Source: Octopus bimaculoides (taxonomy: Eukaryota). Taken from it: a DNA stretch of 64,000 nucleotides. The translations under genes and the position numbers were made by a program. The stretch is taken from positions 120,740,407 to 120,804,406 of the forward strand of contig NC_068981.1 in the NCBI RefSeq assembly GCF_001194135.2, in the 5' to 3' direction. Shown here piece after piece: positions 1 through 13,425 of this stretch (positions within the stretch are counted from its first letter, which is position 1; each line of letters opens with the position of its first letter). Under the pieces are notes generated by a model. That model had not been told where the DNA came from and ran no database searches. It saw only the letters and a program-made list of their open reading frames with translations.

Positions 1-859
1 GGTGTCTGTTGTTATTGTTATTGTCATTGTTGTTGTTTTTGTTGGTGTGTGTGTGTGTGTGTGTGTGGTTGTGACATATGACTTAAAATGTCATTTAAAA
101 AAATTATTTTGCAATTGCATGTATGTGTGTGTGTGAATGCATGCTTTTGTGTGTCTGCATGAATGTGTTTGTGTGTGTATGCGTGTGTGTGTGTGTGTGT
201 GTGTGTATCTATTTGTACATTACTGTTTGCGAAACTCGTTCTAAACTTTAATTCTTTGTGTGTATTTGTGTGAAGTGTTCACGTGAACAGGTGTGCACTG
301 CATGTGAATGACTGTGCTCACAGCTGTGTGTGTGTGTGTGTGTGTGTATGTACATTTGTGATTGATTTTAAATATTGCTTATGTGTGTGGGAGACAAGAG
401 AGAGAAAGGGAGAATTAATTGTTTCATGTATGCTTCTTTATTTGTGTGCATGTATGTGTGTATGTATTTTTGTGTGTTCTGCACATGTCATGTATGCATG
501 TGTGTGCTTTTGTGTGCATGTTTGGTATTAAGTATAATCCTTTGTATATGTGCGTGTGTATATCTACATTCTGTGTGATTATAATTCAGTGAACATGTCT
601 GTGCAAGTGAATATGCATATATCTCTGTATATGCAACATGCACAGATAGGGTGCATATTTTGCATGCATATGTAATGTGACTGTTCGATGCCTGCTTATG
701 TAAGGTATTAAAAAGGTGGAGTTTGATAACATGTGTTGTTTTCAAAGCAACAGATAACTACAAGTGACATGTACATTCAACATGCTTATACAAGAATGTA
801 CGTTTATGCTGCAGATATGCATATATGAATGGGTGTGTCTGTCTGTCTCTTGTGCTGAA

Positions 860-1065
860 ACAGGTGTCACCATCATACAAAGGATATCATTTATTGCTGA
901 GCTTTTGTTGAGAACATGTCTGGCTGTAGGAACACTCTACTACTGTTTAGAAACAGGTGAGAGGTGGTGACAAGAAAAGCTTCCAACTGTACAAAATGTA
1001 TCTCAATGAATTTCTTTTGAGCCATGGAAAAATGGATGCTAAAATGATGATGATAATGATTATGA
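860..1065 (+). mobile_element. Degraded SINE-like repeat (family C) with RTE-type 3' tail
   Basis: GTCACCATCATACAA...GAAACAGGTGAGAGGTGGTGACAAGAAAAGC...ATGGATGCTAAAATGATGATG; related copies at about 7120-7350 and 19905-20125. Confidence 0.5.
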
Positions 1066-1078
1066 TTATATATAATTA

Positions 1079-1249
1079 TAGGTGCAGACATAGCTGTGGG
1101 GTAAGAAGTTTGCTTCCCAATTACATGGTTCTGGGTTCAGTCCCATTGCATGGCACTTTGGGCAAGTGTCTTCTACTATAGCCTTCTACCATAGCCTTCT
1201 ACCATAGCCTTATGAGTGGATTTGGTTGAAGGAAACTGAAGAAGCCCAT

Positions 1250-1294
<45 letters not shown>

Positions 1295-1510
1295 CTTTGT
1301 GTCTGTGTTTGTCCTCCCCCATCATTGCTTGACAACTGATGTCTGTGTGCTTACGTCCCCATAACTTAGTGGTTTGGCAAAAGAGACTGAGTGAAAAAGT
1401 ACTAGGCTTATAAAGAATAAGTCTTGGAGTCGATTTCTTCGACTAAGAAAACCCTTTAAGGTAGTGCTCCAACATGGCTTCTGTCAAATGACTGAAACAA
1501 GTAAAAGAAT
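1079..1510 (+). mobile_element. tRNA-derived SINE, family A (CORE-like), near full length
   Basis: A/B-box-like head (GGTTCAGTCCC), CORE-like GGCACTTTGGGCAAGTGTCTTCTACTATAGCC, internal (CA)n(TA)n, 3' GTCAAATGACTGAAACAAGTAAAAG; matches the other family A copies in the window. Confidence 0.85.
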
Positions 1511-1583
1511 ATATATANNNNNNNNNNNNNNNNNNNNNNNNNNNNNNNNNNNNNNNNNNNNNNNNNNNNNNNNNNNNNNNNNN

Positions 1584-2105
1584 CTCAGTCCATTCTGTGT
1601 TAGAAAGGGCATCCAGCAGTAGAAACTATGCCAAAACAGACACAGTAGCTTGGAGTAGTCTTCTATCTTGCTGGCTCCTGTCAAACTGTCCAACCCATGC
1701 CGGCATGGAAGGCGAATGTTAAACAGTGATGATGATGATGTGATATATACATATAGACATCACTTTTTGCTTTCTCTCATTTTGCATTCATGTATTCATG
1801 TATATATATTTTATATTTCATACCCAAACTGTTATATTTGATATATATGATGTGCTGGTGGCATGTAAAAAGCACCATTCAAGCGTGGTCAATGCCAGTA
1901 CCACCTGACTGGCCCTTGTGCTGGTGGCACATAAAAAGCATCCACTACACTCTCGGAGTGGTTGGCATTAGGAAGGGCATACAACTGTAGAAACTTTGCC
2001 CGATCAGATTGGAGCCTGGTGCAGCCTTCTGGCTTACCAGAACTCAGTTAGACTGTCCAACTCATGCCAGCATGGAAAGCAGACGTTAAACGATGATGAT
2101 GATGT
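1584..2105 (+). mobile_element. Two RTE-clade LINE 3' UTR fragments (1584-1740, 1845-2105)
   Basis: TTGGCATTAGGAAGGGCATAC...CCATGCCAGCATGGAAAGCAGACGTTAAACGATGATGATG, the same 3' end that is joined to RTE coding sequence at 56557-57335. Confidence 0.8.
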
Positions 2106-2266
2106 TTATCCTCATGATTGCCTCCATATCTACTCAACTTGATCCCTCTTATAACCATTCTTTACCCAATGGAATTGATCCCCTATAAAGATGTCGGAGT
2201 CTAAGTATGAATTGTTTAAGCAATACTAAGTGTCTTCTATACTGAGAATCTCTGGGGCTCATCTGC

Positions 2267-2313
<47 letters not shown>

Positions 2314-3470
2314 GCAGGTACCATAGAAAGTTTCCATATAAAGTCAGAAGTGAAAGAAGAGTGCTCTATATTGTAAACAGAGCTTAATGTTATTTACAAT
2401 ATAGACTACTGGTGTAGTTAGGGGTATCTGAGGTATTGGAATTCATATTTGTAAACAATTATTTAATTACTACATATCTTATGGANNNNNNNNNNNNNNN
2501 NNNNNNNNNNNNNNNNNNNNNNNNNNNNNNNNNNNNNNNNNNNNNNNNNNNNNNNNNNNNNNNNNNNNNNNNNNNNNNNNNNNNNNNNNNNNNNNNNNNN
2601 NNNNNNNNNNNNNNNNNNNNNNNNNNNNNNNNNNNNNNNNNNNNNNNNNNNNNNNNNNNNNNNNNNNNNNNNNNNNNNNNNNNNNNNNNNNNNNNNNNNN
2701 NNNNNNNNNNNNNNNNNNNNNNNNNNNNNNNNNNNNNNNNNNNNNNNNNNNNNNNNNNNNNNNNNNNNNNNNNNNNNNNNNNNNNNNNNNNNNNNNNNNN
2801 NNNNNNNNNNNNNNNNNNNNNNNNNNNNNNNNNNNNNNNNNNNNNNNNNNNNNNNNNNNNNNNNNNNNNNNNNNNNNNNNNNNNNNNNNNNNNNNNNNNN
2901 NNNNNNNNNNNNNNNNNNNNNNNNNNNNNNNNNNNNNNNNNNNNNNNNNNNNNNNNNNNNNNNNNNNNNNNNNNNNNNNNNNNNNNNNNNNNNNNNNNNN
3001 NNNNNNNNNNNNNNNNNNNNNNNNNNNNNNNNNNNNNNNNNNNNNNNNNNNNNNNNNNNNNNNNNNNNNNNNNNNNNNNNNNNNNNNNNNNNNNNNNNNN
3101 NNNNNNNNNNNNNNNNNNNNNNNNNNNNNNNNNNNNNNNNNNNNNNNNNNNNNNNNNNNNNNNNNNNNNNNNNNNNNNNNNNNNNNNNNNNNNNNNNNNN
3201 NNNNNNNNNNNNNNNNNNNNNNNNNNNNNNNNNNNNNNNNNNNNNNNNNNNNNNNNNNNNNNNNNNNNNNNNNNNNNNAGTATGAATTGTTTAAGCAATA
3301 CTAAGTGTCTTCTATACTGAGAATCTCTGGGGCTCATCTGCTGAATATATATATATATATATATGTATACACGCACAAGTTTGCATATGTATGTGTGTAT
3401 GTACATATCTCTTTCAATAATGTGCACATATATATATATACACACACACACATATACACATATATATATG

Positions 3471-4264
3471 TCTACATATGATATACATAAATATGTAATG
3501 ATGTCGTCTGTGTGTGTGTTTGGGGTTACTGTAACACCTCCCACACCATCCAATCAATTTTAATGATTTTTGGCACAAAGGTAGATCACATGCTCTGAAG
3601 TTCAAATAAGGCCAGAATTTTTTGAAAACTTGATAATGCTCAGTTGGCATCGATTTTTGTGAGCTCAATCGGGCATTTGAATGGAAATTCCCATAACGAT
3701 GTTATTTTTCCTGTAGCTTTTGCACTTTTCATTGATTTTGATGAAAATCAATGAGTGAGCGAGACTCATGGCAGTGAGTTGATGTCAGTATATGGCATTG
3801 ACAAAAAATTGATAATTGCACCTAAGCAGTGGTTTTATAATACCAATAGGCTTTTTGCGTGCAAGTTCCCATAGGGATTTTATTTTGGGCTGTAACTTTT
3901 ATATTTTCATGTAAATGGTCACATGGATTCTATTTTATGTCATAACCTTAACGCTTTTCTTTGGATTTTGCTGAGACTAGACACACTGATCAATTTTTTT
4001 ACAGAAGGTGACATTAAGGGGAGAGAAATAAACAAACATCACTCACTGGGTCGAGGTATACTCAAAAGTTTGACTGCAATTTCAGACATACCAGTATGTA
4101 GGAGTGTGTCGAAAGCGTTAACCTGGTAAAATCCATGCCGAACCAGATATAACGTCCTAATGGATAATAGTTGGCTTGGGGAACATAGAAGATTTCTATA
4201 CAAGGTCAGAGGTGGGCTTAACTTCAACACGGAAAACACAAGCAGTGCCAGGTCCAACAGCTAG
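3471..4264 (+). mobile_element. Non-autonomous Helitron-like element
   Basis: 5' TC start followed by a GTCTGTGTGT motif; 3' GCAGTGCCAGGTCCAACAG-CTAG|T end; same end architecture as 51197-51839. Confidence 0.5.
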
Positions 4265-5084
4265 TATCTACATATATACATATGTGTTAATGTAAGAGTG
4301 TGTGTGTGTGTGTGTGTGTTTGTATACACATGCATGTCTACATTTTTCTGTTTTGAGTGGCATGTATATTATGCATATATACGATGCATGTGAATTCTCC
4401 GCATATATTATCTATGATTTTGTGTACTTCTCTGCATTTGTGTTTATATTCTACGTCTGTCTTATGATTGATTGTGCGAGCATGCACATATGTGACTGTG
4501 TTGTGTGTATGTGTGGGTTTATGTATAATTATATTTATTTTGTTTGTGTATGTACCTGTGATATGCATGCGTGACTGTGCTGTGTACATATGTGGTCTTT
4601 GTTCATGTGCTATGTGCGTTATATGTTATATGTATTCACATATTATTACAGGTTCTTTTGTGCTTGTGTGCATGCATGTAGCAGCATGTGTCTGTGTGTA
4701 TATGTGTACAGGTGGAAGGTGCTGGTGGTGTGGTTAAATATGTGTCACTAACAGCAACTAATGCAAGCAGGATTCGCTCTAGAACAAGCTAGACTATTCT
4801 TTAGACTGATATTGTAGTTACAGTAACTATATTTCTATTCATTGATTCATTAGAGTTTCATTGCTATCACTATGTGTTGTATGTGTCATTTAATGTCTAT
4901 GTCACACACACACACACACACACACACANNNNNNNNNNNNNNNNNNNNNNNNNNNNNNNNNNNNNNNNNNNNNNNNNNNNNNNNNNNNNNNNNNNNNNNN
5001 NNNNNNNNNNNNNNNNNNNNNNNNNNNNNNNNNNNNNNNNNNNNNNNNNNNNNNNNNNNNNNNNNNNNNNNNNNNNNNNNNNNN

Positions 5085-5137
<53 letters not shown>

Positions 5138-5149
5138 TTTACATGCTGA

Positions 5150-5302
5150 ATTTCTTTCAATTTCTGTCTATCAAATCAACTGCAAAGCTTTGGCCAGCCC
5201 AGGGCTACTGTAGTAGATGCTGAAGGTGTCATGCAGCAGGACTGGACCGAAAACCACATGTCTGATAAGTGAACTTCTTAACCACACAGTCATATCTGCA
5301 CC
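5150..5302 (-). mobile_element. SINE family A, degraded 5' half
   Basis: Reverse complement matches the head of the 42366 copy. Confidence 0.65.
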
Positions 5303-5918
5303 ATAATATATATATAATTGTTAAAGAGGACAACAAACGTTAAGGCAAGGCAAACATCTCAAGTCATATTTGAAAAAAAATTCAAAGTCATACGGCTGTT
5401 TCTGGGTTATCCCAGAGTATGGGATATCCCAGAAACAGCTGTAAGTCTTTGAATTTTTTTTCCAATAATAATAATGTATATGACTTGAGATGTTTGCCTT
5501 AACGTTGTTTGCCTTAATGTTTGTTGTCCTCTTTAACAATTATATATGGGCTATATGGTAAATCTGCAATGGGTCCATAACTACCGTCTTGGCTATAACC
5601 TTGGAGCTTTAGTAATCCGTTACAGCACTTACCTAGCATACTGAATCATTTAGATCACCTATGAACTAAATTCCCGTATTTTCCATAATATACATATATG
5701 TGTGTGTGTAGGTATGGTGATGCATACAGGAAAAATGGAACTCAAAATATTAGTATATGTATATTTTTATTGATATTTAGCAGAAGCAACAGAGTAACTC
5801 AAGGACGAAGAGTTTTGTGCATTGACACTTATTGACTTGTAACTAGCTTGGTAAGTGCAAACGCATGAAACTCTCTGCCTTTGAGTCACTCTGTTGTGTC
5901 AACTAAATATTAATAAGA

Positions 5919-5960
<42 letters not shown>

Positions 5961-6504
5961 GTTTATCAATTTGTTTTGTAAGGTTCCTGATGGGAAAACG
6001 TGTGTTGAAACAGACATTGTTGTATTCCAGGCTGGTCATTTTATTTATTTATTTTTTTATTGGCAAAAATAAAAAAAGAAAATGAAATGACCATCATGAA
6101 ATACAACAACATATATATATATATATATATNNNNNNNNNNNNNNNNNNNNNNNNNNNNNNNNNNNNNNNNNNNNNNNNNNNNNNNNNNNNNNNNNNNNNN
6201 NNNNNNNNNNNNNNNNNNNNNNNNNNNNNNNNNNNNNNNNNNNNNNNNNNNNNNNNNNNNNNNNNNNNNNNNNNNNNNNNNNNNNNNNNNNNNNNNNNNN
6301 NNNNNNNNNNNNNNNNNNNNNNNNNNNNNNNNNNNNNNNNNNNNNNNNNNNNNNNNNNNNNNNNNNNNNNNNNNNNNNNNNNNTATATATATATATATAT
6401 ATATATATGTAGGAAGTATGAGATGAATATATTTATTTCACTAGTTGATCTCCTTAGGGTGACAGCCATTTCACAGCTAACATCATGCAAACATAATTTA
6501 TTTT

Positions 6505-6605
6505 AGTACAAAGAATAAGTCCTGGGGTTCATTCGTTCGACTAAAGGCGGTGTTCCAGCATGGCCGCAGTCAAATGACTGAAACAAGTAAAAGTATAAGA
6601 ATAAA
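6505..6605 (+). mobile_element. SINE family A, 3' end only
   Basis: AAGAATAAGTCCTGGGG...GGCGGTGTTCCAGCATGGCCGCAGTCAAATGACTGAAACAAGTAAAAG. Confidence 0.75.
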
Positions 6606-6654
6606 AGAAATACCTACCTACCTACCTACATACATACATAAATACATATATATT

Positions 6655-7040
6655 CTTTTTTTATTTTAATTGTTTCAATCTTTTTGACTGTGGCCATGCT
6701 GGAGCACCATGTTGAGGGTTTTAGTTGAACAAATCGGCCTCAGGACTTATTATTTGAAGCCTACTACTTATTGTATCGATTTCTTTTGCTGAACTGCTAA
6801 GTTACGGAGGCATAAACACGCCAACACCAGTTGTCAAGCGGTGAAGTAGGAACTGACACAGACACAAAGATACGACAGTCTTTTTTCAGTTTCTGTCAAC
6901 CAATTCTACTCACAAGGCTTTGGTTAGCCCGAAGCTCTTGTAGAAGACGCTTGCTCAAGGTGCCACTCAGTGGGACTGAACCTGGAACCATGTGGTTGGG
7001 GAAGCAAGCTTCTTAACCCACAGCCATGCCTGTGCCTATG
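6655..7040 (-). mobile_element. SINE family A, full length
   Basis: Both head (GGGACTGAACCTGGAACCATGTGGTTGGGAAGC) and tail (TTGACTGTGGCCATGCTGGAGCACC) present in reverse orientation. Confidence 0.85.
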
Positions 7041-7090
7041 TCATGCCTGTACGTATGTCATGCCTGCGCCTATGTCATGCCTGCACCTAC
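7023..7090. repeat. 4 x 17-bp tandem repeat of the SINE A 5' terminus
   Basis: GCCATGCCTGTGCCTAT / GTCATGCCTGTACGTAT / GTCATGCCTGCGCCTAT / GTCATGCCTGCACCTAC. Confidence 0.85.
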
Positions 7091-7419
7091 ACACAGACAC
7101 ACACACACACACACACACATCTCCTTGCTTTGGCATAATGTAATAGTTTGAAATGAATGTCATTGTTATACAAATGCTATCCTTTGTTTATAGTCTTGTG
7201 TAAAAACATGTACAGTTACAGGGAAATAATACCTTACTAGTAAACAAGTGAGGTTTAGTGGCTGTAAGAGCATCTCGCCATAGAAAATCTCCCTCGACGA
7301 ATTCCCTCTGACCCATTCAAGCATGGAACACTGGATTTTAAAAATACAAGAGTGATGATATTATTTTATTGTATATATAAATGTGTGTGAGTTTTTGTGT
7401 GTGTGTGCATGCACACCCA

Positions 7420-7572
7420 TATAGATGTGTAGTTAAGAAGCTCAAAACCCAAAGACATGGTTTTGGGTTCAGTTCCACTGTGTGGACCTCAAGCAAGTGT
7501 CTTATGTTATACTATAGGGATGATGATAGTCTTGTGAGTGAATTTGGTAGATGCAAACTGAAAGAAGCCCAT
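7420..7572 (+). mobile_element. SINE family A, old 5' half
   Basis: GGGTTCAGTTCCACTGTGTGGACCTCAAGCAAGTGTCTT...GTGAGTGAATTTGGTAGATGCAAACTGAAAGAAGCCC. Confidence 0.6.
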
Positions 7573-8999
7573 GAGATATGTACAAGGTGATTGAAAAGTA
7601 ACTTCCTGTTTTAAAATACCTATAAATTATTTAGCAATTGTAATTCCTGGGTGACTCAAGAAGCTGGTGGCGACATCTGGCGCCCATATTGAATTTTATA
7701 TAAAACCTCATACTAAAAGTTGTTCTCTGATATCCATTTTTATGTAAAAATTACAATTAATAAATAATTAGTAAGTATTTTAAAATAGGGTGTTGCCTGT
7801 CAATTACCATATATATATATATATATATATANNNNNNNNNNNNNNNNNNNNNNNNNNNNNNNNNNNNNNNNNNNNNNNNNNNNNNNNNNNNNNNNNNNNN
7901 NNNNNNNNNNNNNNNNNNNNNNNNNNNNNNNNNNNNNNNNNNNNNNNNNNNNNNNNNNNNNNNNNNNNNNNNNNNNNNNNNNNNNNNNNNNNNNNNNNNN
8001 NNNNNNNNNNNNNNNNNNNNNNNNNNNNNNNNNNNNNNNNNNNNNNNNNNNNNNNNNNNNNNNNNNNNNNNNNNNNNNNNNNNNNNNNNNNNNNNNNNNN
8101 NNNNNNNNNNNNNNNNNNNNNNNNNNNNNNNNAAATATAATTAAACAAAAGGAATGAAGATAGTCCATGGTTACTCTTCACAAATATATAGATATTCAGA
8201 AATTACATAAACAAAAATACAATTGAGAAGATAGAAGAAAATTCATGATAATCTTTTACAGCCGTTTTAGGGATTCAGTAATAAATTGATGCAATAATGT
8301 ACATTATGCACACATAGGTATCTAATAAATAGATGTTAACATATAAATATGAAATTAATTTGATCCCTTCATCTGAAGAAACATATTTCTAGTATTTGCA
8401 GATGCTATATAGTAAACCTTACATAAAAAAAAAGAGAGAAAAGGTAGGTGCATAGGCAATTTGATAAAGGTTTAGAAGTAAAAGCAAGCTCATATTAGAA
8501 AAAGTGAGCCAGAGAATAAGGGGAAAATATATAGAAGAATGAAAGATGAAAGAAAAAGAATGAAGCAAGACAAGAAACGAGAGAGATAGGAAGAACATCT
8601 ATAGTTGATAAACAACTATTCAGATGCCAATATGGCAATACAGTTAGGCATATCATAAATCATACTATAAGGATGTTGGGTAGGGATGAATATCATAGAG
8701 AAATGATGGAGGAGAAAGAGTGAAGGAATGCGTGAAAACTAAAAGGGTGATAACATTAGAAATATATAAGAAGGTGCTGTAAATATAACTTTATATAATA
8801 TTAAGTTGTATAGTTAAAGATTTAAGTCTAAGAGATGTAAATATCTATTATAATGAAGGATAATGAAATCAAACTATTCCAAGAAAAATGTAAATATATC
8901 CGGATTGGGTTAAATCAAGGTTATGACAAGTAGATACAATGAAGTGAAAGTAAGCTATCATCTAATACAAATAAGGAAGCATGTCTTAAAAAATCAATG

Positions 9000-10010
9000 T
9001 CAGCAAAAAGAAGTCGTGTTTTTCATCAATTCAGAAGATGGTCACTATTCTCTCTTAATACTTCAATAGATTCTTTGCGTCAAAGATCACATAGAATGGG
9101 ACTACCTTTGTAAGGCCTTCAGGTTTTAATAATAAATCAGGTAACATTACAAGAAATATTATTGTCCTTGAGACAGTGTGTATAGTTTGCTAATGTGGTA
9201 GATGATTTACATTTTGCTGAATGAAATGAACTAAGGTGTGGTAAATAATATCTCTTAAATTCAATGGAAGATTTAATATATCTTTTGGTTAAATTTTGGT
9301 GTCCATTATGTGCAGTGATTCTGTAAATGGCAGTATATCTCAAGAAGTAGCCATTCAAAGGGCAACTATTGGGTGTTCTACAATTACATGTATTTTTTTT
9401 TATCATATTTTAAATTACAATCCTTGTCTGTCCTGATAGAGTTATTATTCATATTCATGTGTTATTCTTTTGTGGCATTGCAATGTGTGAGCAAAATGGT
9501 AAATTTTAATAAAACCTTATTGCAATGCAAGTGAGGAATAAAACAGAATAAAATATGGTATTGCCAATAAATAACAAAGACATAGAAATGTCTACTATTC
9601 TGCTTTAATATTCCAATATTTCAGGATAAAAAAAAATCCCTTCTTCAGGTAGCATGAGAAGAGTTTTCTCTGACACTTCATAACCAGCTCAGTATGTCTT
9701 CTGATAGAAAACTGTCTTTTTTTGTATTATAGCTTAGCAGTCTTCATGTTAAAGAGGGAGTAGTGTCATGTGCAGGTCATGTTTATATTGCTCATACAAT
9801 TATTAACAATACATATGCCACTATATTATGATGATATTTCCATTGTTATTAACATGAATATTGCGGAGAAGTTCTTTGTAGGCAATATTAATGTTAAGGG
9901 CGTATGTACAGTAGTCCCCCTAGCTGTTGGGGAAATGGGTAGCCTGGACTTCTGTTTAAAGTTACTGGCCTTAAATGAAATAGTTTCTAGTCTATAGTGA
10001 AACTTGTGTC
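9000..10010 (-). mobile_element. Penelope-like element remnant (GIY-YIG endonuclease; weak RT thumb traces upstream)
   Basis: ORF 9137-9406 CNCRTPNSCPLNG..AIY..RYI..EFKRYYLPHLSSF..STTLANY, then in frame V-T-*-F-I-I..RPY..CDL*..E..LLN. The 9410-10010 extension (FTID..VTLN..GYPF..LLYI) is weak. Confidence 0.75.
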
Positions 10011-11474
10011 TCTTCTACTTGACCCTTTGGCAATATTTTGAATGAAATACATCAAGTATATATTTCAGTTGTTCTGAAAATAATGAAGAATTTAGGGGGA
10101 ATTAGGAAAATACATAACCTTTTCATTATAAAGCTGATGTATGGAGCATAAATTATAATTCTCCCATAAAATTAAAATGGAAAACTTTAATTAGAAATGA
10201 AATTTTTGAAGCAAGCTGTTTTATGCAATATAACCAAAGAAAGTTTCAGATGGGTCATTATTCAAAAACTCTGATGCTGCAGAAACATGAATGAAACACT
10301 GACTATAACAACCCTTGTTATTCCTGATAAGATTAAAAATCTTAATGGCTTATCTTACTGATTGATCATTTTTGTATTCACCTTCCTGAAAAATGTGAGA
10401 TTCAAATCAAATAACTATTGGCAAAGATCAGTAGAGATTGCTGGAATGATAATTTTGCTGAGTGATTGATTGGTTATATAGAACCAAGGAATCATTTTCA
10501 AACTGCTTTCTGATAGATTTTTTTCTCTACAGGGAATTCATTAAAATTTCTGATTATGCATATTCTAATATGTATTAGCTTTATGCTAAATTCAGTGTAA
10601 ATTCAGACATGTCTTTCTTTCTTTGTGTGTGGACAGTGTTTATCATCAGCACCAGAATGAAAATTTGTCAATGTTGAAACAAGAAAAAGAAAAAAAAATT
10701 ATAACTAATATTCATTCCTTTTATTTTATTTTGCAAATTTTACAATCCTTGATCACTTGTCTTGGCAAGGACACTGTCAAAACCAGTGTCTTTTTCAGGA
10801 TGAGAAGGTTTTTAGTTCTCAAAACAGCTGATGTTTTTTTAAAAGATGGTACAAATTTGATCAAGAGTAAAACATTGAATTGACACAAGCAGTAGATAGA
10901 TAAACTGAGTAAACACCATGTAGAATTTAGTTGTCTTCTTTCATTCTGAGTTCAAATACTGGGGTCTATATGACTGACTGTATTTCACTTGCCTTGTATC
11001 TATGTTACAAATCAATATTAGAGTATATATCTTGGAATGTCTGTTACACACCCACATACATGCATGCACGTATGCACACACACACACACACACACGTGCA
11101 TGCACACAATTTAGATCTCAATTCAAAAAAATTTGCTGCCTGGCTGATTGGAACACAATCAGTTATCAAAACACTTCAGCCATTGGCTACCATCACTGGA
11201 ATGTTTTATTCCTCTGAGCTGAGAAATTCAGCTAGTTCTACCCAAATCCACTCATTACTATCATCTCTACTCTTGTCATCCCTACTCTGTCTTACTCATC
11301 AGGCTCTGCACTGAATACTTGCCTGATCTATCCTATCCAGACATGTGGCCTTATGGAACTTTCTCTTGGCTCTTATTGACATTGATCAAGAAAAGTTTAC
11401 TTATGGTATTATCAGCACAGAGTTTACTAAAATGCAAGGTCTACAATGACTTCATCACTTGCTTGGTTTAGTTA

Positions 11475-11990
11475 ATAATAATAGATCACAAACCATAGAG
11501 AGTGGCGGAGTCAGAGACTAGCAAAATCCTCTGGGATTTCCCAATCCAAACAGATCAAGTGCTAGAGCATAACAAACCAAACCTAGTGGTGGTTGACAAG
11601 ATGCACCACATGTTCTATATAGTTGATGTTGCATGTCCGTTTGACCCATAAATAGTCAAAAGGAAGGCGAAAAAATAAATACAACCCTCTTAAGTATGAA
11701 ATAGCCTGGCTATGGAAAATGAAGAACATGAAGATAGTGCCAATTACTGTTGGGTCCTTGGGGACAATGGCAGAAGGCATCAAGAGGAATATAAAGGAAA
11801 TTGGAATAGAGTGTCAAGTAGAACTGTTACAAAAAATTTGCCTTCTTGGCATGACCAGAATAATCAGGAAAGTATTAGACACCTGAAAAGAACGGATAAC
11901 ATGGTACCATAGGCTGCAGGTAGCAAGCCTGCTATGCATGCAAGACTCTAAGAGTTTCAACAAAACCTGTGATAAAAAGAAATAATAATG
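11475..11990 (+). mobile_element. 3' end of an R4/Dong-type non-LTR retrotransposon (restriction-like endonuclease)
   Basis: Manual translation KILWDFPIQTDQVLEHNKPNLVVVDK..IVDVACPFD (frameshift) KYNPLKYEIAWLWKMK..IVPITVGSLG..LQKICLLGMTRIIRKVLDT*; PD-(D/E)xK-type RLE pattern; short AAT-rich tail near 11980-12000. Confidence 0.85.
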
Positions 11991-12039
11991 ATAATAAATT
12001 CCTGAACTTGTGGTAAAATTGGAAAGAATCATTAGGGGT

Positions 12040-12215
12040 GGGAGTAAGTCAATTATATCGACCCCAGTGTACATATTTTAGTACATATTTTATTGACCCT
12101 AAAAGGATGAAAGACAAAATCGACCTTGGTGTCATTCGAATTGAGAATGTAAAGATGGATGAAATACCGCTAAGCGTCTTGACCAGCATGTTAACGATTC
12201 CGGTAGCTTGCTGTC

Positions 12216-12247
<32 letters not shown>

Positions 12248-13157
12248 TAAGAAGATTGATGTATCTCTGTCATTTATTACAAATTACATCACAATTTTCT
12301 TGTTGATAATAATAATAATAATAATAATAATATTCCTTTCTACTAAAGGCACACGGCCTGAAATTTTGATGGGAGGGGACTAGTCAATTACATCAACTCT
12401 AGTGTTTCACTGGTACTTAATTTATTGACCCTGAAAGGATGAAAGGCAAAGTCGACCCCTGCGGCATTTGAACTCAGAATGTAAAGTTGGATGAAATGTC
12501 ATTGAGCATTTTGCCTAGTGTGCTAATGATTCTGCCAGCTCACTGCCTTGCTTATTATAATAATAACAAGAGCACTCAGAGAGCACAAACCTCTGCCAAG
12601 GCAACACCAATGTCTTCTTAACAATTAGCTGGAGATGATTTTTAAAATGAGAATATCTGAAATAAACTTGACTGCTCTCACAAATGAGAATACTAAAAAT
12701 GAACATGAATGCTCTCAAAAATCAAGTAAAAAAAAAAACAGAAAAATAATCCAGAATCCTTGTCTGGTATCAGATCAATCCCAAAATCTAATCAGTTCAT
12801 GACAGTCACGAGGCCAAGCATCTCTCAAAGTTTCATCCGAATTCATTTAGCAGTTCTTGAGATATCTTGTCCATGGACACACAAACAAACATAACTGAAA
12901 ACAATACCTCTGCCTTAGCGAAGGCAGAGGTAATAATACTTTCTATTGAAGGTACAAGGCCTGAAAATTGTGGAGAGAGGACTAGTCAATTACACTGGCC
13001 CTAATATTTCACTGGTACTTAATTTATTGACCCCGAAAAGATGAAAGGCAAAGTCAATCTTGGTGGAATTTGAACTCAGAACATAGTGATGGGCAAAATA
13101 CCACTAAACATTTCATCCAGTGTGCTAATGATTCTGCCAGCTTACCACCTTGCTTAT

Positions 13158-13195
<38 letters not shown>

Positions 13196-13390
13196 TGATG
13201 ATAATAATCCTTTCTACTATAGGCACAAGGCCTGAAATTCTGGGGGAGGAGGGATAGTCGATTACATTGACCCCAGTGCTTAACTGGTACTTATTTTACT
13301 GACTCCGAAATAATGAAAGGCAAAGTCAACCTCAGCTGAATTAAGCATTTTGTCCAGTGTGTTAATGATTCTGCCAGCTCACCACCTTGC

Positions 13391-13425
<35 letters not shown>

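Noticed and set aside
2195-3365. Identical 75-bp or longer sequence on both sides of the 2486-3288 gap
   Set aside because: Most likely a scaffolding or haplotype overlap rather than a real duplication; needs long reads
2436-3553. Long ORFs in the track here and at 6041-6506, 7790-8181, 21163-21850, 45023-45817, 52960-53442
   Set aside because: They are runs of X from N gaps plus microsatellite translations
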